Assembly (NCBI GenBank): GCA_001643675.2
Contig: LSRY02000014.1
Coordinates: 1,612,001 to 1,676,000, forward strand
DNA: 64,000 bases
DNA from: Monocercomonoides exilis PA203
Taxonomy: Eukaryota > Protista > Preaxostyla
Reading direction: 5' to 3'
Shown: in pieces, positions 17,788 to 29,600 of the stretch
Layout of the letters: every line of letters begins with the position of its first letter
How positions within the stretch are numbered: the first letter of the stretch is position 1
Translations under genes and position numbers: made by a program
Notes under the pieces: generated by a model
What the model was told of the DNA's origin: nothing
Databases searched by the model: none
The model's input: only the letters and a program-made list of their open reading frames with translations

Positions 17788-20669
17788 CGTTGTGTTTGTT
17801 TTGTTTTATCATGTCATTTGCTTATGTTTCTATTAACCATTAAAAAAAAATATACAACTGATTCTTAAAATGTGCCTATAAATGTTTATTTCAATCGGAA
17901 ATAACAATAAAAAATGCACATTTTCAACAAAGAAAATGGAGAACCAATAAATATTATGTTTTAATAAACACACAAAAAGAAAACAATGAACAAAAAGTTA
18001 TGTAACTTACTGATTAACTGAATTGGCAAATTGAGCTGTTATCATTGCATTTTACGAAAAACCAATATTAAACTGCGTGTATGTGTTAAAGGAATACAGT
18101 TTTAAAAAACAAATCAAAACAAATGAAAATCATATCCAAAATGAACAGAAAATATGCACCAGATTTTCGATTAGATAATAAATAATAAACAAATTGAGAA
18201 GTAGCAGTAGAAGAAGAAGATGATGATGGGCAAACCAAAATTTGATAAAAGATATTTCACAAATCAAATTAGGTTGAAGTATCAAGAAAGATGTTGAATA
18301 GAAACATGACTATAAAAAAAACCATCGAATTTTCACAGTTCACACAAAGAAAAAAAAAAGCAAAGAAAAAGAAAAATGCGAGGTACAAGTGAAAAGAAAG
18401 AAATGCTCAAATAACCTTTGCTTTTTGAACTCAAGCAAAAAGAAACAGAAAAAGAGATAGAAAAACAGAGAAAAAGAAAAAGAAAAAGAAAAAGAAAACG
18501 TGAAAAAAAGAGGGGAAAAAGTTACATTTGCAGTTTTGAAAACGCAAGAATAAAAAATAAACTTACTTAAAAAAACAGCAAAATAACCGAAAGAACTTAC
18601 GGAATATTATCAAAAAAGAAAGAGATTAAAAAGCGAATTAATAGAATTCTTATATTTAAGAATATATTTATGTCATTTTTCATTTCATTTCAAAAATTTG
18701 CATAAGAAATAGAGAAAAAAAGTCAATAAACATTGAAATTTACACTGCATGAAAATCTGAGAAAGCAATAAATGAAATACAAAAAAGTATAAACATCACA
18801 TACATGCTTTCATTGAAAGTGATCTTTGAAATAACATCAAACTGAATACAACTTATAATTATTCATAAAAAACGATTAATAATTCATTGAGGAATAAATA
18901 TCTTTATATACTTCAACCAAACAACCATTCATTTTCTTTTTTTTTTTTTCAAAGCCAAACAACATTTTCTCTCAAAAAAAACTAATGTTAAGACGGGAAA
19001 ACTATTAATAAAAGAGGCAGAAGAATATATTTATCATTACGGTAAATACAAAAAAGAAAATTAGCTAAAAAAATATCAAAATAAAAGAAATTACAAATGA
19101 AGCAAATGGAAAACAGAAGACGAAATAATAAAAACGATATCACAATATCACTTTGATTGGCTAACCATTCAGATAAAAAGGAAAACAAAAACATCATTCG
19201 ATCAATAAATAAAAAGAAAATTAAATTAAATAAAAGAAAAGAAAAGAATAGAAAAGAAATACATTTTCCTTCCAATTATTAATATCCAAAAGCAATTGAT
19301 AAAAGGAAAGAATGCTTAAGGAATGCAACATTCATACAAATAACTAGCTGTTAATTCAATCAGGGAAAATGTTCCATTCAACAATGCAAAAATTGCTCCT
19401 TTTTTTTCTATCCAAAAAATATTGTTTCTTTCTTTCTTTTTTGAAAGGAAAATTTCATAATAATTATATAATAACCACAAAAATAAAAAACGGGATGTAC
19501 AAAATTTAAACCTCCATATTTCGAAAAAACAAAAATAACCTAACAATTCGTGAGATACACAAAATGATGATACAAATATTTACAAAAAAAGAAAAAGAGA
19601 AAAAAGAGAGGAAGAAAGAATGAAAGATTAAGAATTCTGAAACAAATTCCTAAACAGTCAAACTTTCTGCAAAAAATTTGTGAAATCAAATAAAAATGAA
19701 AAATCACCAAGATTAGTAATTACTTCGAAGATTAAATTATATATTAAAAAATAATTTTTTTTTGAAGTTAATCATCACAGAAAACAAACACACAATAAAT
19801 TCATTAATAAAAGACAATTGAATTGCATTTTCTACTACAAGCAAATACAACCAAAAAAACAACATTAATTCAAATTTTAATTGATACAATAAAAATTATG
19901 AAGAAAGAAAGCAAATAAGAAAGTCAGAAAGTCAGAAAGAAAAGAATGAAGAATAAAGAAATGAAGAATGAAGAATGAAGAGGGAAGAAGGAAAAAAAGA
20001 AATAAAGAAAAAACAGAGAAATAAACGAATGAAAGCTGAACTCAACCTGCAACATAGAAAGAAAAGTCAAAAAAAAAGCATTATGAATATAAGTACATCT
20101 GGCAATGATATCAGCCCACAAAGAAAAAATAAAAAGAAAGAAAGAAAAGATCAAAAAAACAAAAATTGAAAAAGATTAAAGATTATGATAACGATCATAA
20201 AAATTCAAACGTGCAACAAATTTACAATATTGATAGAAGAACAAAACACAAAAAAGTTAAAAATTTGTTCTTAAAATAAAACAAACAGGACCAAATTTTC
20301 GTTTGCCAACAATTAAAAAAAATATTCCCCTTTGATGAATTGCAATGATCCAATATCTTCCATTTCCTAACAATTAAAAAAATAAAAATTGCAATGGAAA
20401 ATCAGTTTTGTAGCAGTAAGAATAATGTCTGGAAGGAAAGCGCGTAAATATGTTTGTTAAACAATCTGTTTAACATTGTTTGTGCTCTTGTTATCTGGAT
20501 TATCAAATTATACGATGAAAGGAAATGCACATGAATAATGCAAGCAAACTGAAGAATAACTAAATGGCTATTGAATGGAAGGGGAAATAGTCAATGTGAA
20601 TGTTAAAAAGAAGGCATGAGTGTTTGTGTATGGCTGTGTGTGAATGTATTTTTGACTAATGTGTGTACA

Positions 20670-20850
20670 ACGATGAGTGAATGAGTGAATAAATGAATGA
20701 ACGAGCAAGTGAGCGAATGATCGAATGGTTGAACTAATGAGTAAATGAATGAAAAATTAAATGAAAATTTGAATGAATGGATGTATGAATGAACGATCGA
20801 GTGAATGAACGAATGAACGGACTAATGAATGAATGGATTAATGAATGAAT
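20670..20850. repeat. Degenerate (GAAT/GAGT)n tetranucleotide array; a similar one at ~21590-21680
   Basis: Runs of gaatgaat/gagtgagt. Confidence 0.75.
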
Positions 20851-21967
20851 GGCAAAAACGTTAATGATGATTGTTATGTTGATTTACAAACTGAGTACGT
20901 ACTTGAATGCAAAGCGGTGAATAGCATATACAAATGCAAAGGAGAAACTCAAATTGGTCAAAAATGATGAATGGTCCAGTATGAATCGAATGAACACCCT
21001 TTACACGTTTATCACATTTTTTCTTACAGAAAAAAAAAAATAATTCTTAAAATAAGCTTAATAATGCAAAAAAATGAAATTCACAGGTTCTGTAAATAAA
21101 ATGCTCCTCCAACACATTTCCATTTCTCAATCCTAAATAAACAATAAGATTAAGAATCATCAGGCTCTGCTCCTTCGAAACAATAACTTTCAAGTCTATC
21201 TTATAAATGAATGTAATTTACTCCTCAAACAAACTTAACATCATAACTGATTATGAATTTACTAACTTTCCAAAAGGATTAAAATGATGAACAAATCTAA
21301 CCTGCCTCCCAAATTTTCACTATTTATTTGAAACAAGCTATCATAAGATATTTCTGATGATAACGACTCAAATAATTACGCAAACTTGACCTACTGAAAA
21401 CATCGTGAATCAAATTTCAAAACTCTCTGGTGAAACATCTGAAATACGTTGTAATTCAATTTACAAGTTTACAGTTGAATAAATGCCTTGCAAATATTTA
21501 GCAGAACCACAAGAATAAGCATGAAAATGAGAATAGCATGAGCAGAAGCATGAGAAGCATATAAGTATGAGTACGAAAGAGATGGTGAATAAGTGAGTGA
21601 ATGAGTGTGCGTGAGTAAGGGTGTATGCATGTGAGTGAGTGAGTGAGTGAGTGTGAACAGTGATTCGATGGCATGTGAATGAATAATATTCAATTAATTT
21701 GTAAATGAATAAATAGATAAATACATATATTACTTTCAGGTTGATAACGGAAAAATAAACAAGATTGCTGTCCGTTATTATAAAAAAGAAGGTGAAAGAT
21801 AAGTGCTAGCAGACAAATGAAAATGGTCCGATAAAAAATGGTTTTGAACAAACTAACTTCCAACCATTCTTTCCATCAAAATTCTAATGTATAATATCGC
21901 AAAGCTGCAAAAGACCAATGCATAAAGCTAAGTCTCGTTACAATTCCAAAAATTATCGAAGAACTGC

Positions 21968-22959
21968 TTAAGCAGTCACATTACACGTTGCAGTTTCGGG
22001 GCATCTCTGAAGAGAAGAAATTGCCAAGGAATTATCAGACGAAATGATAGTGTGAGTTTTTTTTGATGTTGGCGCGGTAGATTTGATGTGAGATAAAGTT
22101 TGAGAATGAGTTCGCATTGAATATTCTTCCAACTCACTTTCATCAACTGGATATACACGAAGTAATTCTGTAACAATCTTCATATATTGCTTATATTCAA
22201 GAACAAGTGTGTAGTGAATGCGCTGTAGAAATACAATTTCCGATTGATTGATTATGCTTATTGGTATGCCAATAGCAGCCGACCACCAACCATTGCGATA
22301 AGGCGTATCTCGATTCATTTTTACGGACGTCATAACAGCAATAAGGAGCAAAGTCCCTAGATTGGCTTCTGTAATTACGCCTGTCCATTTTTCTCTGCGA
22401 GACATTCTTTCTGATTGAATTAACAGATCAATAAGGTAAACAACATGAACAAGTTCTGCCACATTCAAATAAGCAGCTGTTCGGACTGCTTGGAAAAAGT
22501 GATTTATTTTGCGATACAGTTGAGCAAATCGAAGATATGATGCCTCTTGAAATAGTTTTTCGTTCGGATACTCCGACGGCAAAGGTTGTGATAAAACCGA
22601 TTGAAATTGAATGCACAGCCATTTCACAATTCGCGTTAAATAATGGTCGTTCATTACCGAACGCGAAAATTGTTGTAACGGTACAATTTGAAGTTTTGCT
22701 AACGAATGATGATCAGTTGTTATTTCCGAAACTGTTTGGTGGCAATTGCACTCTTTCAAGTCTGAACCGCACTCTGGTTGAAGTTGAACTAATTGTTGTT
22801 CTGCTTGTTTCTTTGTTCTGCTTAAATCAAAATTAATATCAATATTTTTTATGCAAAACAGAAATATTCCAAAACATACTCCGAAAACTTATTTTCATAT
22901 TGGCCTTCCGATTGCGCACCTTGGATATGATTACTTTCAAAAATAGGTGTCGAAATCAT
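21968..22959 (-). CDS. Cyclin, PHO80/U(P)-type family, two exons
   Basis: VYLIDLL...ITEANLGTLLLIAVMTSVKMNRDTPYRNGWWSAAIGIPISIINQSEIVFLQRIHYTL matches the PHO80-like cyclin box. Exon 1 (MISTPIFES...) splices in frame via gtatgt...ttaag. Confidence 0.85.
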
Positions 22960-23083
22960 AGTATCAATTATTATCAGCAATTTATTGAAAATTCTAGTTT
23001 TTCTTAAATTAGAAGTTTAAAATTCATTGGGTTCGATCAAAGCAAACCGCTGTTCGAATCATATTCAAAAAGATAGCATTTTC

Positions 23084-24249
23084 ATGGGCTGTGGTTCATC
23101 CGTTCCAAAGTTTATACCAGATAAATACAAGACGATAAGCGAAGTATGATTTGAAACGAGAAGTTCTGTCTTGCTTTATATTCAGAAAAATATTTGAATG
23201 AAGGTGCAAAAAGCAATTCGTGAAGCCGGACTTGAAAGTTCAAATCTTATTTTTGGAATTGATTTTACAGGTTCAAATGTGTCAACGGTTTGCGGTTATA
23301 TTTTCTATTCCATGCATCAAGCTTGAATCATTTTTTGTCTTTAGGGATATAAAACGTTTCAGGGCCGAAATTTACATGATATCACAGTAAAGAATCCTTA
23401 CATGGAAGCCATAGAAATTATTGGAGAAACGCTTGAAGTCTTTGATGGTTTTCCTATCATACTCTATGAAATATATATTTTTTTGACTCTTTTAAAGATG
23501 ATCATCTTATTCCTGCTTTTATTTTTGGAGATGCAATATCAAGGTATGATTTTTTTTTTTGTTTTTCGTAATTTGGCATGCTTTTTCTATGAATTTTTGA
23601 AGCGATCGAACTGTGACTCCGTTTTTCCCTGACAGACCGTGCAGAGGCTTTAAAGAAGTGTACTTTTTTTCCCCCACAACCTGACGTTTAACATTTAAAT
23701 TTTGATTGTCATTTTTGTTTTCCTTTTTCTTTTGAAAGGTCATTGAAAGATATGTTCAGCTTGTCCCAACAATTTCATTAAGTGGTCCAACCGATTTTGC
23801 TCCATTAATAAATGAAGCAATTAGAATTACTGAAAGTTCAAAATCTGTATGTGCATTTGATTAATTTAATGCGATTTATTATTTTCATGCGAAATATTTT
23901 GTATTTGAACTTCTTATTTTTCTTTCATTTTTTTTTCATATTCAATTGTTATTTTGCTGTTCAAATTGTGAAGTATCACATATTGATAATTTTGACTGAT
24001 GGACAAGTGAATCAAGAGGATAAGACAGTTAAAGCAATCGTCGAGGCGTCAAAGCATCCCCTTTCAATTATTTGCATCGGGGTTGGAGATGGACCTTGGT
24101 TTGAGGCATTGTATCTTTTTCAAAAAAAATTAATTATGAGTGAATGAATAAAAATTAATGATAATGATAATGATAACGATAACATCTTCATGCATTATCA
24201 TGAATGAATAATTTTTAATTCGTAACTTTCTTTTTGTTTCCGATTTATC

Positions 24250-24280
<31 letters not shown>

Positions 24281-24779
24281 GTTTAGGGGCACAATGGAAA
24301 CATTTGATGATAGAGTTCCACATAGAAAATTTGATAATGTTTGAGAAACTTCAAAATAGATTTATTTTCATTTTATTCCACTGTTTCTTTTATCACTTTT
24401 TCTTTTTCTTTCTTTTTCTTTTTTAAAATAAATAAATAATTTTCCTTTCTTTTTATTTTCATTCCGTTTCAGTTCCAATTTGTAGCATTTCATCCACTTC
24501 GGAAAAAATATTGCGAAACATTTGCCCCAGCTTTTGCGATAGCTGCTTTGCAGGAGGTTCCTGATCAGTATGATTTATGTATATTTATCATATGAAGATT
24601 AATTAATTAATTCGTTCAACTTTTCTTTTCTTTTCTTTTCTTTTCTTATTGCGCATTTGGGTGAACATTACTTATGCCACCTATGGGAAATAACATAATG
24701 GACATTTTATTATTGAAGATACAAAGCGATTCGGAAACTTGGGTATCTTGACACATCTCCTGCTGGAGGTCAAGTGTAA
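23084..24779 (+). CDS. Copine/RGLG-type vWA-domain protein, ~10 exons, N-terminal MGCGSS acylation motif, no C2 or RING domain
   Basis: Spliced product has [72 protein letters not shown]...RKFDNFQFV and [13 protein letters not shown]. Confidence 0.92.
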
Positions 24780-25834
24780 CTGTAAAAGAGTTTTTCTTTC
24801 TTTCTTTTTTTTCTTTCTTTTTTTTTCCTAATATTTTTCTTATGTTTTTAAATGTTCGAATAACTTTTCATCTGTTTTGTATGAAACTAAATGTTATAAG
24901 GAAAAAAATTTTTTCGTTAAAAGTTTATAATACCATTTGAATTGTTATTAATGCAGTTTTGTTTTAAATTTAACGTTCAAATTTTTGTTCAACTCTTTTA
25001 TTTGTTAACATGTTTGGGATAAAAAAAATTTGTTTTTAACATTTAATAACTCTTATTTGTATGAAATATTTCTCTGTTCTTTTTCAAATCAAAGCTTCAA
25101 GATTTATCAATAGGTAAATTTTCACAAAAATGTTCACGCACTTTTTGAAAATCGAAACAAAAATTTATGATACCGAAGTTTAAAGGCTAACGGAAAATGT
25201 AGCCGAATGTGGGACTTTTATTTTTTAGCTGGTTTTGAATGCAGAAAAAAGATGAACAATGAGCATGAGATTTATGCTTGATGCAAATGTGCAAAAAAGT
25301 GTAATTAATCAATTCTTTCAAAGTGCAACAATGATGAAATCAAAAAAGTTTTTCTTTTTTCCAGTGTATTCTGAGATTGACCATCACTATCTGCTCTTTA
25401 TTCATCAATTCATGTTTGTGAGCTATGCACACAGTTATTCTCAACAACAAACAAATATATATTATTACAAGACTTTTTCATTATCAATATGTATATTTTT
25501 GAAAAACCACCAATGTTATATTTATTATTGTGAAAATTGAAATCGATTATTTCAGTTTTCAAGATTAGTTTTCACTCACCTCAATTCACAGGAGCTGAAT
25601 CAAACACTTGTCAATGAAAATTTTTTCCTTTTGAAATTTAATTTGGTGAGTTGAAACAGAAATTTTACTAAAAATATGCTAATTTAGTCACAGCCTGAAC
25701 ATTTAGGAAAAATACTTTTCAATGATAAAAAAAGTATTAATATTAGGAATTCATATAAAACGCTTTATTTAAAAACCAGAAATGATCACATAGGGGTGTT
25801 CACATTTTCGATGTGACAATTAAGATAATAAATA

Positions 25835-26285
25835 CGGTCTAAACCGGATATAATCACATCGGGTTTTGCACAACTTTGTGTGACTATATCCGATTGTGTG
25901 ATTATACGATGCTGCTTAACACAGAAAAATAAAAAAATTTAATTATATTTTTATTTAATTTTGGGTCGATTTTTGTATTTTTGAAATTTCTTTATCAAAA
26001 TACATTTTTCACTTGCGAAAACAATTTTTATTATTTATACACATTATTCAGGCCTTTTTCATCATTATTTTGAAAAATCAAAAATTTGAAAATTTTGATT
26101 AAAAAATTAATAATTTATTGAAAAAAATACACATTATAATAAAAAATGTGATTATATAAATTTTGCCCTGTGATTATATGCGATTGAAAATTAATGAAAT
26201 ATAGGTCTGAAATGTCGGTGCATCGAAAAATTTGACTAAAACCGATGTTGATTTTGTTGGATGAGAATATATCCGGTTAAGACTG
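25835..26285. mobile_element. MITE-like non-autonomous Tc1/mariner(pogo)-type element, ~450 bp
   Basis: 26-bp TIRs CGGTCTAAACCGGATATAATCACATC / revcomp CAGTCTTAACCGGATATATTCTCATC (4 mismatches), TA on both flanks, internal TGTGATTATA repeats, no coding capacity. Confidence 0.65.
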
Positions 26286-26298
26286 TATTCCACTTTTA

Positions 26299-26675
26299 CA
26301 GATATCGCAAAAAATTCCGGACATCGCACAAAATACCGGACAAGATCGATTTCACAATAACTACAGGAGGAATAATTCTGATAATTTTCCAAAAAACACA
26401 CGTCATCAATGCAAACTCATTTGAAATACAAAACTTTCAAATCTTCTTCATTTGTGTTCAGAGAAAATTATTTTAAAAATCTCGGAGAAACTCAAAATTT
26501 TATTTCTCCTTGAATCAAATAATAATTTTTACTGAGTACAAATGAAGTCTTTTTGAAAGTTTCATACATGTATTGAGTTTGCATTGATGAGAAATATTTT
26601 GAGGAAAAGTGTCAGAATTATTCCTCTTGCAGTTATTATGAAATCAATCTTGTCCTGTATTTTATGCGATATCTG
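26299..26675. mobile_element. Second MITE-like/foldback element with ~100-bp diverged inverted arms
   Basis: 26299-26419 is an imperfect inverted copy of 26574-26675; ends are TA|CAGATATCGC...GCGATATCTG|CA. Confidence 0.55.
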
Positions 26676-27646
26676 CATATCAAAACAAAGAAAATTGTTT
26701 TTTTTTTTATTTTGAAAACAATAATTTTTTCTGATTAAAGGAATTATTAGCTTTATTGCAATGAACAATAAAATGATATGAATATTCGAATTATATTTCA
26801 TGATATCATATTTTGAAGGAAAGCAGAATTCAGGTTGACTCCGAGATAATGAGTGTTGATCACGATCTATGGGCGGTTTAAGTGAGAACTTCGCCCTCCA
26901 AAATATGACGTGGAAAAAAAAGGGAAAGATGAAGATGCAAAACAATAACATCAATAATTGAACAATGAAATATTGCATTGTCCGCTTCACTTCACCACCG
27001 ACTTCCTTTTCGCCTTGGTCACGAAGGCCAGAGGGCAGGGGACATTGCCCCTCGGAGCTCTCACCTGCAGGCCGTGCAAAGATCCGGTGAGGCGAGTATT
27101 TTTGGAGCAGAAAGAAAAACCACTCTCGCTTTCACGAGTCGTGGAAAAGAAAACTGCTTGTGCAGTGCTCTGCCTCCCGCTCTTCTGCTGCTTTTGCAGA
27201 GCAACCCCAAAACATCACACACTGCATATTGAGAGTCTTGTTATCTTCTATGCGAATCATTCATGATCGATATCAGGAGTGCGCTCTCGATATGAGCAAT
27301 TTCTTCATCCCTGTGTATCTGCGTCGTTGATAGGTGTAGAAAAATCTCATCGGGCAGTTGATCTTTTGTCTTTCATTCTCTGTCTCGCCATTTTTTTTGT
27401 CATCTCACCAAAAACTTCTATCTCGCCTTCGCATCCAGCCGCCTATCTTCTCTCCATCTGCATTTCTGTCATCTCTAAGCAAACCTGTCTCACTGCGTAC
27501 TATCAATTCGCAATAGAGCGAATCAATGAACGCAAAAAGCAGGTTTGCTCCTCAATAATGAGTACTGAAATCCCTTTTTTAATATTTATATTCAAATTTT
27601 AATTTTTATTTATTCATTTATTTCTAATGATCTTAAACCCTCCTGC

Positions 27647-29600
27647 CTAGCACATCATCGTGCGGAGGATGAATAGAGAGCGTACGGATGAAGGTGCTGC
27701 TCCTGTCTCCACTCCCTCCCTTTCTTGGGGTGTTTCCCAGGCGTTCACAACCAGGAATTCGTTTCTCTTGAGTTCTTTAACATCAAACCAAGACTTCTCA
27801 CACAACGCTTCCTCCGGTCTGTGCCCTTCTTTCTCTGTGAGGCAGTGTGTTTGCCTCCAGTCAGCTCGCTTACGCTGCTGGGAATTATGAGGGATGTTCT
27901 CCGCCACTTGAGTGATCGGAATAAGTTGTGTTGTGGTTGAGTGATTTCTCATTGCTTTCTCTCTTCTCTAAGCCATAAGTCTCGTTTCTTTAGCCACTTT
28001 CTCCTTCCTCATATCTTCTTCTCCCCCAGCATCTGATGTCTTTTCAGTGCAATTTTTCATCTCTGAATTTGCTTTCTCGATTTTCATTTCCTTCCTAACT
28101 CTATCACTATCCAACTTTTCTTCTTCTCCACGAGGGGGTTCTGGGAAGTCGATCGTCAACAGGATCTATTTCATATTTTGAACAGGTTAAATGTTTTTAA
28201 TTTTTGTGCTTCTCTTGATCATGGCTCCCCTTTGGTGCACGAATTGCTCTCTTTCCAAACCTAACCTTCTCATCTTGATATGAGTATTATAACTTTATGT
28301 CTTATCGAGAACTCGGTCAAATGTTTTGTATTTCATACTCTCTTTGAATAGCTTCTAACTCTTCTTTTATTCTCTGCATATTTGCAGGCTGACCTTCTCT
28401 AATATTAACCGCACATGTTCAAATTTAAAAGTTGTCCTGGAAAAATCCAACCAACGTTGGAGCGTTTCTTCTGCATCGATGAGTGCGTTTGAATGTTTGT
28501 TAATATCGATTTTAATAGTCTTCCTTAATGTTATCTTTATCTGCACTTCTATTAATACGGTATTCTTTTTCAATATAGAACACTCACTTCTCAATCTCTC
28601 CAGCTCAGCTGGCTCTAATGTTACAAAATTTCTGTGAGGATAGGGGCTATCCTCTGTCGTGCTAGTGTATCTGTTGAGTAATATGTGGTGTCTTCCCCCT
28701 TTTGTTAAAATTGTTAATTCCTGCATTGATTTATATTGTTTTCCTTTTCTCGGCTTATCTCTAACATGAATTTAAGGAGATGAATCAAGATCTTTCCCAT
28801 CCGTCTAAATTTCTTTGAAAAAGTTAATTGACTCCAATGCTTTAAGTTCAGCTCTGTTAATCTCTCCACTCAAAGCGTTTGTATTGGATAGAGTTTCAAT
28901 AAATTCTGTCATTATCCATTTGGTATCTTTCTCCATGAGGGGCCTGTTTCATCAATTCTTTCTCTCTCCAAAAATTGTATAAATTTGCGCAGCGCTCTCC
29001 ACGTATCTCTCTCGCTCTTTTGATTTCTCGACATTGCTGCTCCTATGTCCTTCACTCCAACGTATTATCCCCATGTTTGAAAAAGGTCCCTTCTTCGACA
29101 TTCTCCTCTCCAGTCAAACACTTATGACGTCTCATGGGTGTAACTTCGAGTTATCATTTCTCACCTCTTCAGAGGTCAATCTGATGTTTCTCAGGCACGG
29201 ATGGACAAGAATTATCATGTTCAACAACAGCTCATTCCCTCTCTTTTTTTCTCAGAGAGGATAGTTTTTAAATAGTTCCGCAGAACAGCGGAGCAATCGG
29301 GTCTGAAATTGTATCAAGTCTTCTCGGTGCGATTGTTTGAAATATCTCTGCGATCTTCTCCACCCTCAGTGCACAGTCACGATTTTTATTAGTCAGGCAA
29401 AGTGCGTCTATCAGCATATTCGCTGAGTAATGCAGAGTCTTCTCCTTGTTTCATCATGCTATGCAAAGTGGCTCATTCCTGAATCCGCTTCTCGCGGTCT
29501 TCCACGGTCTCAGACTTTATCTTCTCCTCGCGTTTTTTTGCGGTTTTCACTTCTTCAATTTTCTCTCGGTCAAGTGATAAACGCGATTTTGTTTTTTGTT
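27647..29600 (-). pseudogene. Decayed coding-like region, possibly an old mobile element
   Basis: Higher GC than flanks; purine-rich minus-strand ORF fragments (28367-28726, 27968-28159, 27647-27952) broken by stops; no domain recognised. Confidence 0.3.
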
